The translations under genes were made by a program, and so were the position numbers. The notes under the pieces are model-generated. The model was not told the origin of the DNA. It saw nothing but the letters and a program-made list of their open reading frames with translations, and ran no database searches. Shown one piece after another: positions 1 to 8,541 of a stretch of 64,000 bases of DNA; within the stretch, counting starts at the first letter, position 1; every line of letters begins with the position of its first letter. Source of the DNA: Setoptus koraiensis (Eukaryota; Animalia; Arthropoda); contig CM106586.1 in NCBI GenBank assembly GCA_048013815.1, positions 24,469,334-24,533,333 of the forward strand. The letters are read 5' to 3'.

Positions 1-129
1 TCGTCCGTCACCGCCCCGGATGCCCACCGCACCCAGTAGCGGACATTAGGGCCCCGCCCCCCCCCGCGATGTTGAGCACCTCCAAGATATAGTCTTGGGT
101 GTCTTCTTCTTTGGGCGACATGTTGCTGT

Positions 130-250
130 TGTTGTAGTAATGGCAGTGGTAGTAATGGCGATAGCGATAGCGATAGCGACAGTGGTAGCGATAGCGGTAT
201 GGGTAGCGGTACGGGTAGCGGTACGGGTAGCGGTAATAGTAGCAGCGGTG
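130..250. repeat. Degenerate hexamer microsatellite (GATAGC / GGTAGC / GGTAC variants)
   Basis: Visible tandem gatagc-gatagc-gatagc and ggtagc-ggtacg runs; these account for the low-complexity ORFs at 8-417. Confidence 0.85.
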
Positions 251-289
251 ATAGCAGCAGTGATAGAGCGGCAGTACACAGTGCGCTGC

Positions 290-1350
290 GCGCCCAATAC
301 CACGCCCTCCCGAGTACCACACACTCCCGAGTACCACATAATATAACTAACAATGTTAATCTCGAAGGTGTTCGTAATATCAGTCAAGGTATTGGTCACA
401 ATTTGATTGATGTTTAATTGTCAAACAACTTCTACATCGATAAGCCTCACTCATCAATACTAAACATCCAAGAGTTGCTTTATAATGAAAGATTGATGGC
501 GCTCACAATCACTTTGTGAACTATTATAGAAAGCCATAAAAGTTACTACAGAGTTCTATCTAAAGGATGTTCCTCTTACGCGTTGAATTATGTGTAACAT
601 ATCGTTAATTGTAGTGACAGTTGATTCATTGTGACTTCAAATTGTATCGTTGATACATGTGCTGTTGTTGCTATGGCATACGTGTTGAACGTCTTGTTGA
701 ACATCGGCAGACAAATATTGAAGTGATCAGCACACAATGTTCGATTGTGTTGTTCAAACTGCTTCACTTGACGCCACTGTGTCTGCTTTGATCAGTAGCT
801 CTCTTCTCTCATCTGTCGCAACAAACAACCGGGTATTCGTTCCTCATCGAAAAGAATGAAGAACAAATGATTTTACTGAAAACGAGAAATCGCAGGTTCT
901 GTCCAGCTGTAAGAGTTAGTATAGAGCTTTATCGATGAAGTATATCTAAAACATTTTGAATTATGTGTAGCATATAGGCAGTTGCCGTTCTTGTATTCTA
1001 ACATACAGCACGCTACCCGCCCGAAACCACACACTCCCAAATTGGGAGTCCCAATACCGCATTGACCCGAATACCACATAAAGTTCCCAGTACCACATGC
1101 AAGCCCGAATACCACATAGACCCGAATACCACAGACTCCCAATACTAAGAACTCCCAATACCTCGCACTCATCATTGCTTGATCTGAGCTATGTAATGAG
1201 CTGTAAAAGTTACTACAGAGTTCTATCTATTGGATACATCTCTTGTGTGCTGAGTTATGTATAGCACATCGTGAATTGTTGTGCTTTCATTCCAACGGTT
1301 TTTCTGAACTACTCATTTTGTAGTGACAGTTGATTCATTGTCGATTCAAT
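290..1350 (+). repeat. Degenerate direct duplication (about 700 bp offset) with TACCACA mini-repeats
   Basis: aaagttactacagagttctatct...tgtagtgacagttgattcattg occurs at ~538-630 and ~1206-1340. taccaca/ctccc repeats occur at ~295-340 and ~1020-1160. Confidence 0.65.
720..848 (-). pseudogene. Possible decayed THAP zinc-finger (P-element-like transposase) fragment
   Basis: Minus frame reads DEERIPGCLLRQMREESY*SKQTQWRQVKQFEQHNRTLCADHF, with THAP-like GC...W...LCxxHF spacing and an internal stop. Confidence 0.3.
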
Positions 1351-1451
1351 ATCATTATCGCAAACTTTATTAGCAAAACTATGGATACTGAATCTACGCC
1401 ATCGCTGTCTAGCTCGAACAGACGAGCTAATTCAAGCCATATGGTCGGTAA

Positions 1452-2159
1452 ACGATACATTCAGCAGTTGTACAACACGAAAAATGTCACGTTAGTTGGT
1501 ATGAAGTTTTTAAGTGGCAGACTTCACAGCCCAATATATGGAGAGTACTCAGCGATTGCAATCTCGATGAAGACATTCTGAAGGAAAAAGGTGTTGAATT
1601 TATAGCAAAACAGGTTGAACTGCAGAAAATGAATCTTGCCAAGAAATATGTGTCTTGCAACACATGTAAACATATATTCTTCTTTGATACTGTTTCAAAC
1701 GGAACGTCATCTCTCATCAAGCATAGACAGAACTGTTTGCCACCTGTTCAACAAAGCGCAAAGGATTATTTCAGCAAGCCCATCAAGAGAAAGTTAAATG
1801 CTAAAGATCGTGCTCAGATTGATGAAATGGTGGTAAATTTTATCGCTAGAGGATTGCGCCCATCATCGATCGTAGATGATCCGAGTCTCAGAGATTTGTT
1901 GCAAAAAATGATATCCATAGGCACTATATACTCAAATGTCGACATCAATGATGTCGTGTTCCAAAGAAATGTTTATAAAGAGAAAATCGTCGCCAAGTAC
2001 GACAAAATCATATCTGGAATTCTCAATGAGATTGATTCTCTATATGGTGTATCATGCACGTCAGATCTTTGGACTGAACCCATGACTAGCAGAAAGTATA
2101 TATCTCTATCAGTTCACTATGCTGATGTGACCCGTTTCGGGTACCCGAATACAGCTCTA
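1452..2159 (+). mobile_element. Internally deleted hAT (Hermes/Ac-like) transposon: transposase N-terminus joined to a right-end terminal sequence
   Basis: Frame open from 1452. It has a BED zinc finger (PNIW...CNTCKH...LIKHRQNC), a Hermes-type DNA-binding segment (FIARGLRPSSIVDDPSLRDLL) and the first catalytic Asp motif CTSDLWT...YISLSVHY. Homology stops at ~2128, followed by gacccgtttcgggtacccgaatacagctcta (reverse complement begins TAGAGCTG, an hAT-like terminus). Confidence 0.8.
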
Positions 2160-2819
2160 ATATAAACATTACTCTAAATCTATTAATTATAATGTACTGT
2201 TGGCTAAACATCTATGTCGGCAACTAAAACTACTACAAGACTATACTAAATCTAAACCAAATGTATCTCACTATGTATTCAATTCGAGTTCGATCCGAGT
2301 TCGATCCGAGGACAGTCAAAGTCGAGTTGAGAGTCAAGTCGAATCGGATCGGATCGCATTCAATTTAAATCAATTTAGATCGATTCGATCAACAGGTAAC
2401 TGTTTATTGTTGCACTATCACCAGGCTAAGCCAGTAACTGTGAACTGTTAACTGTTACCGATTATGATAGTGGTGCGATCAACACTGACACCAGCTGTAT
2501 TGTATTGTCTAACATGGCATTAATTATGATCGAGTTAATCAAGTGATTGCAACCATCGAGCGCACTTACCCTTGAGAAGATTGAATCACGTGTTGACTTT
2601 TGCCGGCGTACTTGTTGTTGTGGCTTGCTTTTCCGTTTTGAAGCAATGATGACACTTGCAACAATTATTTGCCAATTTGGTCTAAGATTCAATATGAATT
2701 CTTGTTGACATATGCTGATAGTTATTGCTTGCTCAGTTGACAGAAAACTGGTTGCTTGTTGCTTCTTTTTTAGTTCTTATGTTGATTCTTTCATGAATTC
2801 GATGTGTTTGTGTCTTGAC

Positions 2820-2924
2820 TAGGGTGGATGTGCGGAAAGTTCCGCACATCGACATGTTCCGCACACGTTCCGCACAAGCTCCGCACAGGCACTTGTGCGG
2901 AATGTGCGGAAGTGTGCGGAACCT
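2820..2924 (+). mobile_element. hAT-like left end with subterminal TTCCGCACA repeats
   Basis: Begins TAGGGTGGATGTGCGGAA, followed by about 8 copies of (T/C)TCCGCACA or TGTGCGGAA in both orientations. No perfect partner TIR was found. Confidence 0.5.
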
Positions 2925-3074
2925 AAATCAGGCATGTTTAATGAATATTGAACAAAATTAGTCATGCCACAAGCGAATTAATCATCAAATTTGATCATCA
3001 TTGATCAAATCATATTGATATTTTATTTTATTTGTATCAGGCGAGTTTCACAAAGTTAGGTTACAACTTACAAG

Positions 3075-4619
3075 CTATGACTTGTAAGGTATTCCTTCGA
3101 GCTCCATTTGGTCTTGCTTCATCCTTTCTATCACTCTTCGCTCACTAACTGATCTGCAATGAAACAACAACGCGGTGAAAAAAGTAATTATTAAACCCGC
3201 TACAGTCACACAGCCCAGTATTATCTTCAAAATCAATGTCGTGTGGTCATGATCCTGCGTCTCTTGGAAGTACTTTGGTTGAGTGAAATGGGGTGGCGAT
3301 AATGCTTCATTGACAGCATTCGTTGATATCGACTGGTTCTTTATCTTGTTAATGTACTTCTTACCATTGATTGTGAAAATTTCGCTCGGCGGTAGGGAGA
3401 AAACAAATGGCGGGCATGGACGAGTGACGTCGTTCATGGTGGTGTTGTTGAGGAAACAATACACAATTGACTCGTCGTGCTCGTACTCGACTGTTGTTGT
3501 TGCAAGTTCGGACGCGTCTTCTGGACGCGCGCAAGAACTTAATCTCCACCAGGGACGCTTTAAATTTTCAAACGAGCGATAGCATAAGCTATCGCCTACC
3601 CAGTTCGGTAGTGTGCTTGATGGTAATCTCGCACAACCCATCGACCTATCGTAAAATATGCTCTTAGGTCCAACATATTCTAGTTGGCAGTAGCTGCCAT
3701 CATGCGACTTCTCTATCGTGTCGATTGCGACTGCGTCCATTTGCTGGATGTGGTCATTATTGATGGGAGCTGCATAATGAAATGTAACCCGCTGATTGAT
3801 TTCATCCAGCTCACAATGTATGGGTCTAGCTGTTTCACAATTGGCGGTGGTGTTGCAGAGCCTTTCTCGGCCGAGAATATCATAAAGATGGGGACTGATC
3901 TTGTTCCTTTGCCAATCTCGTTTAACTTCTTGTAAGCCGATCATTAGATTATTCAAATTGATTTGTATCCAACTGGTATTGTATAGCATCAAACTCTGAT
4001 AGTTAAATCCTCTGCCTATTGTTTCTTTTGATGCTAACAAACCACCCACCTCCAAAGGTCCCGACATAAAGTCGCTTCTGCCTACCAGATGATTCCTTAT
4101 GAATTGTAGTTGGTTGGTCGATTCCTGTTGAGCTTCTTGAATTGATGATAGCGGGCCACTAGGATTGGTCGCGTACCTACCGATGCAATTGATCACCATA
4201 TCTGCAGCTCTAAAAACTTTTCCCACCAAAGGGAAAGCGGTTTCGACAACGATATCTATTTTACTCACGACATCCAATATACCCCGTTTAAACCTGGTGA
4301 CTGACGCTTGTTTTTCGACACTACAAAATCCTCTTAGAGGTGCGACAATCTTCTCTTCAAAGTAATCATTACATTGTTGTGTAAATCTCTCTCTTGATAA
4401 ATCATTCTCGTACTTGATAAACTTTAATATCTCTCTTTGGCACGGGCTTTGGTATGACATGGTGTTTATCCATATGTTTATGTCCTGGAACGCGTAATTG
4501 TCCCTGTACATCCAGCGTACTGGTGATACTTTCATGAATTCGAATTGACTGTTCGCCGAACCATATCGGATGCTTGAAAGAATGTTCAATAGAACTACTA
4601 TTACAATTGATTTGAGCAT
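3075..4619 (-). CDS. Solo viral envelope-like class I fusion glycoprotein (errantivirus env / baculovirus F-like architecture), 514 aa
   Basis: Intact single ORF. It has an N-terminal signal peptide (MLKSIVIVVLLNILSS), a furin site RFKR followed by a hydrophobic putative fusion peptide (GILDVVSKIDIVVETAFPLVGKVF), a heptad-like segment (LSSIQEAQQESTNQLQFIRNHL), a Cys-rich ectodomain with NTS/NTT/NQS sequons, a C-terminal TM helix (LILKIILGCVTVAGLIITFFTALLF) and a short tail. AATAAA lies ~45 bp after the stop (plus-strand tttatt at 3022-3032). Confidence 0.75.
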   Translation of the reverse strand: MLKSIVIVVLLNILSSIRYGSANSQFEFMKVSPVRWMYRDNYAFQDINIWINTMSYQSPCQREILKFIKYENDLSRERFTQQCNDYFEEKIVAPLRGFCSVEKQASVTRFKRGILDVVSKIDIVVETAFPLVGKVFRAADMVINCIGRYATNPSGPLSSIQEAQQESTNQLQFIRNHLVGRSDFMSGPLEVGGLLASKETIGRGFNYQSLMLYNTSWIQINLNNLMIGLQEVKRDWQRNKISPHLYDILGRERLCNTTANCETARPIHCELDEINQRVTFHYAAPINNDHIQQMDAVAIDTIEKSHDGSYCQLEYVGPKSIFYDRSMGCARLPSSTLPNWVGDSLCYRSFENLKRPWWRLSSCARPEDASELATTTVEYEHDESIVYCFLNNTTMNDVTRPCPPFVFSLPPSEIFTINGKKYINKIKNQSISTNAVNEALSPPHFTQPKYFQETQDHDHTTLILKIILGCVTVAGLIITFFTALLFHCRSVSERRVIERMKQDQMELEGIPYKS

Positions 4620-4630
4620 GTTTGTTAATG

Positions 4631-4705
4631 ACTCTAAACTGTTGAGGGACTGTTAACTGTTGAATTAGGGACTCTAAACTGTCGAATAAGGGACTGTTAA
4701 TTGTT
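4631..4705. repeat. 44-bp tandem repeat upstream of the env-like gene, left part
   Basis: Unit tgttgaattagggactctaaactgtcgaataagggactgttaat; the array continues at 7217-7300 after the insertion. Confidence 0.85.
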
Positions 4706-7216
4706 AGCGCTTAATTTTAATTAAGTGCTTATGATGTAGTGTTGTTGGATCCTATAAATCACGCATGAATATCCACGCACGGTATGATGGTGGATACTAA
4801 ATTCGTGCATTTCACAGTATATTCACCAGTTGTGCTATGGTGATTCACGCGCTGTGTGCTTGTGAATACTCCGACTTTGTATGCCAGTGAATATTCAGGT
4901 ACCGATTTATTCGTGGATATTCACAGTTTTCGATCTTTAGAGTCACGCGCTGTGTGCTTGCAAACATTAGCACTAGTATAATCAGTGCTTAGTGAGTGTG
5001 TAGGTTGAAATGTGCTTCGGAGGTGGGAAGTACACTCAAGCTTGAGACTCGATAGTTCGTCCACCTCCCAAACACACATTTTTAGGAGGTGGATTGAATT
5101 TTGAGTCTCGGGCTCATGCAGAGGTTGATGTATAGTGAGGAGGTGGATCGATGCTATAACGAGATAGGTTAAGCTATTTCAAATAGCGTGGAGTGACAAC
5201 TTAAGTCACTCCTCCTCCCTAGCACACAGTAACCTACACATTAGTTCTGGACTTGAGTCATCACTCCCTAGCACACAGTGAGCTAGACACAAGTTTGAGA
5301 ATTAAGTCACTCCACTTTCTCAGCACACAGTGGCATTTTCGGAACTGTTCTAGGGTCTTCTAGGGTCCTGGTTGATTTCAAGAAGGCCCCTGGCATCATT
5401 CGGATAAGAACCGCAGATCCAGGGGCTTCAATCCTTAATAAGGATGATGAAGAAATATCAATGTACTTGTCATGATAAATTTTTGCTTGGTCACATTCTC
5501 TTGCTCCGATCGGTCACAATTTTTTCTTGGAATTCCAAAAAGGCAGCCGAGAACATGAACCTCGAGATAGTGGAACACGAGAAATTATTAGTCAACGACG
5601 TAACTATTATAGCTGCTATTCTGCATCCACAGAGAAATTTCGGAAGACGGATGTCATGCATAGTCATCGATTTATGAACATGTTCCCACCTATCCGTTTC
5701 GATGATACCGCGTGTGTGTGTTGTGTATGTTACTCGCAACATTCTGTGCAAGTATGATCAGCCATCAATAGATCGTTTTCGAGACACAGAGATATTTCGT
5801 ATGACGGATGTCATGTATAGTCATCGATTTCTGAACATGTTCCCACCTATCCGTTTTGATGATACTGCGTCTGTGTGTTGTGCATGTTACTCGCAACATT
5901 CTGTGCAAGTATGATTAGCCATCAATAGGCTGTTTTCGAGACAGACAGAAATTTAGGATGACGGATGTCATGTGAATATGGTGATTTCTGGACATGTTCC
6001 CACCTATCCGTTTCGATGATACTCTGTGTGTGTGTTGTGTATGTTACTTGCAACATTCTGTGCAAGTATGATCAGCCATCAATAGATCGTTTTCGAGACA
6101 CAGAGATATTTCGTATGACGGATGTCATGTATAGTCATCGATTTCTGAACATGTTCCCACCTATCCGCTTCGATGATACCGCGTGTGTGTGTTGTGTATG
6201 TTACTCGCAACATTCTGTGCAAGTATGATTAGCCATCAATAGGCTGTTTTCGAGACAGACAGAAATTTAGGATGACGGATGTCATGTGAATATGGTGATT
6301 TCTGGACATGTTTCCACCTATCCGTTTCGATGATACTCTGTGTGTGTGTTGTGTATGTTACTCGCAACATTCTGTGCAAGTATGATTAGCCATCAATAGG
6401 CTGTTTTCGAGACAGACAGAAATTTAGGATGACGGATGTCATGTGAATATGGTGATTTCTGGACATGTTTCCACCTATCCGTTTCGATGATACTCTGTGT
6501 GTGTGTTGTGTATGTTACTCGCAACATTCTGTGCAAGTATGATTAGCCATCAATAGGCTGTTTTCGAGACAGACAGAAATTTAGGATGACGGATGTCATG
6601 TGAATATGGTGATTTCTGGACATGTTTCCACCTATCCGTTTCGATGATACTCTGTGTGTGTGTTGTGTATGTTACTTGCAACATTCTGTGCAAGTATGAT
6701 CAGCCATCAATAGATCGTTTTCGAGACACAGAGATATTTAGTATGACGGATGTCATGTATAGTCATCGATTTCTGAACATGTTCCCACCTATCCGTTTCG
6801 ATGATACTCTGTGTGTATGTTGTGCATATTACTCGCGCTTCAGGCCATTCTGGATCAGTTGAGCTCATAATCTGTATATGATATCTGATCAGGTATGTCC
6901 ATACATCACGTGGCATTTTTGAAACTGTTCTCATCCGGATAAATTCCCGAAACTTCCTAGAGACAGCTAGCACTGTCTAATACACGATCTATGCAAGTCT
7001 TATCAATTTTCTGTTTCTAGTATTGGCGCTATAAGCCATTATTGAGAACATGTGCCTATACAGTATGTGTGATTTTCGATTCTGTTCTCACCAGGATAAA
7101 TTCTTGAAACTTTCTAGAGACAGATAGCACTTATCACTACTTAATAAACTCTCCAAACCTCTAAGATCGTTCACTAGAAAAATTAAGCGCTCTTATACTG
7201 GTATAATCAGTATAAC
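4706..7216 (+). mobile_element. Non-autonomous Helentron-associated (HINE/DINE-1-like) element, 2511 bp
   Basis: 5' end agcgcttaatttt follows TT and is itself part of a near-perfect palindrome (agcgcttaatt-tt-aattaagtgct). The 3' inverted partner aaaattaagcgct is at ~7179-7191, followed by the hairpin ttatactg-gtataat-cagtataa. TTGTT flanks both sides (4701-4705, 7217-7221), and removal restores one 44-bp host repeat unit. It has internal tandem repeats and no coding capacity. Confidence 0.7.
5646..6838 (+). repeat. 157-bp tandem satellite, about 7.6 copies
   Basis: gacggatgtcatg recurs at 5646, 5803, 5960, 6117, 6274, 6431, 6588 and 6745 (exact 157-bp spacing). Confidence 0.97.
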
Positions 7217-7300
7217 TTGTTGAATTAGGGACTCTAAACTGTCGAATAAGGGACTGTTAATTGGTGAATTAGGGACTCTAAACTGTTGGATAAGGGACTG
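7217..7300. repeat. 44-bp tandem repeat, right part
   Basis: Two further copies of tgttgaattagggactctaaactgtcgaataagggactg start at 7218 and 7262. Confidence 0.85.
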
Positions 7301-7335
7301 CGAATCGCTCGTAGTCCTATTTATACTAACAATAA

Positions 7336-7480
7336 ATTTGTTGATAGTATCAGGTTAAATGAAGTTTGGGTTGAAACACCGATGTCATTCTGATTGGTTA
7401 TTGTGAGCGGAACACTCATCGGTCATGATGACCTTGGTGTTTCAACCCAAAATATATTTAATTCGATACTATCAACAAAT
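7336..7480. repeat. 145-bp imperfect foldback inverted repeat
   Basis: Arms atttgttgatagtatc / gatactatcaacaaat and tttgggttgaaacacc / ggtgtttcaacccaaa. Confidence 0.85.
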
Positions 7481-7773
7481 AATAAGACTAATAATAAGAC
7501 TATGACCGATTCGTTGTTGTTGTGTTTCAACACATCGAGACCGAGGAATGTGGCGCGATTTTACTACGCACAAGAAGCATTGTTTGATGAGCAATTTTAA
7601 TTCCCGGGAAATTTTAGCTCCCGGGCAAGATAAATTCCTGATCAAGAAGCGAGCATAGATTACTCATCGAGTAACCATGCCGTTTCTGCATGGAGAGATT
7701 GATCGAGACAAACTTGTTTGCAAAACAGTTTGCAGATATCAGAAAGTTTATCTAACATCTAATTATATGCAAA

Positions 7774-8058
7774 ATGTCGCTTAAAGATAAATGTTGTCTA
7801 TGTGGTGTTTCTGACGGTACGAAATTGGTCCCCAGGCCCGTCAAAAAGCCAACTGGGTACTACCACCCGAATTGTTACACGCGGATGTTACGAGGCGGAG
7901 CCCCTAGGAAACAAGTTATCACACAAGGAACGTCTACAAGTCAAGGTATCCCACAAGGAACGTCTACAAGTCAAGGTATCCCGCAAGGAACGTCTTCGGA
8001 ACACTTCTTCTCGAACACTGACCATCAAACATCGACAGAGCAGATTAAACTATCATAA
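7774..8058 (+). CDS. Small putative zinc-binding ORF (CxxC...HxxC) with 30-bp tandem repeats; probably transposon-derived
   Basis: ATG start; CCLCG...YYHPNCY; QGTSTSQGIP repeated from a 30-nt tandem unit. No family assignment is possible. Confidence 0.35.
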   Translation: MSLKDKCCLCGVSDGTKLVPRPVKKPTGYYHPNCYTRMLRGGAPRKQVITQGTSTSQGIPQGTSTSQGIPQGTSSEHFFSNTDHQTSTEQIKLS

Positions 8059-8076
8059 GAAATTCGAATTTTCAAT

Positions 8077-8222
8077 TTTCGAATTTCGAAGTTCGAATTG
8101 TGACCATCGAACATCGAACTCTGACCGTCGAACATCGAACTCTGACCATCGAACATCGAACGAGCGGCTGTAACTCTTATCAGAAATCTGAATTTCAATT
8201 TCGAAGTTCGATTTGTCACCAC
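8077..8222. repeat. TCGAA-rich repeat cluster, including a 21-bp tandem unit
   Basis: tgaccatcgaacatcgaactc occurs about 3 times, among many ttcgaa motifs. Confidence 0.8.
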
Positions 8223-8464
8223 CGAACTCCGCACAAATGTGACCTAGTCAAATCTCCATAGGATTGCATACAAAATATTTTCGAGTGAAGCGATAATAGA
8301 CTAAGTCGAATCTACATGGGAATACATGTGTTATGTCTAGCAGGATTCTCACAAATTTGACTAACAACAGTAAGTTACAGTAACTTACAGTATGTAAGTC
8401 AAACCTCCATAGGATTACATAGTCACGTGAATAAACGTATCCATCCGACCCACATCAATAGCAG

Positions 8465-8486
8465 CTTAATTAAAATTAAGCGCTAA
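8465..8486 (-). mobile_element. Second 5' end of the same HINE-like family, in the opposite orientation
   Basis: cttaattaaaattaagcgctaa is the exact reverse complement of 4704-4725 and is preceded on the minus strand by a T run. No matching 3' end was found. Confidence 0.55.
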
Positions 8487-8541
8487 AAAGCCTATTCCCA
8501 TTCAAAAGTGTCGGCTTCACCTGTTAATTAGGAAAACTCTT

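Noticed and set aside
8-417. Tyr/Arg-, Thr/Ala- and Gly/Ser-rich ORFs
   Set aside because: All frames are open only because of the hexamer repeat; no domain signal.
5646-6838. Possible CRISPR-like array
   Set aside because: Contiguous tandem monomers without unique spacers, eukaryotic context, no cas genes.
5444-6973. Repeated ORFs (FLNMFPPIRFDDT...)
   Set aside because: Translations of the 157-bp satellite; the unit is not a multiple of 3, so frames shift each copy.
7400-7416. attgtgagcggaaca resembles the lac operator
   Set aside because: Partial match with a deletion, no vector context; chance.
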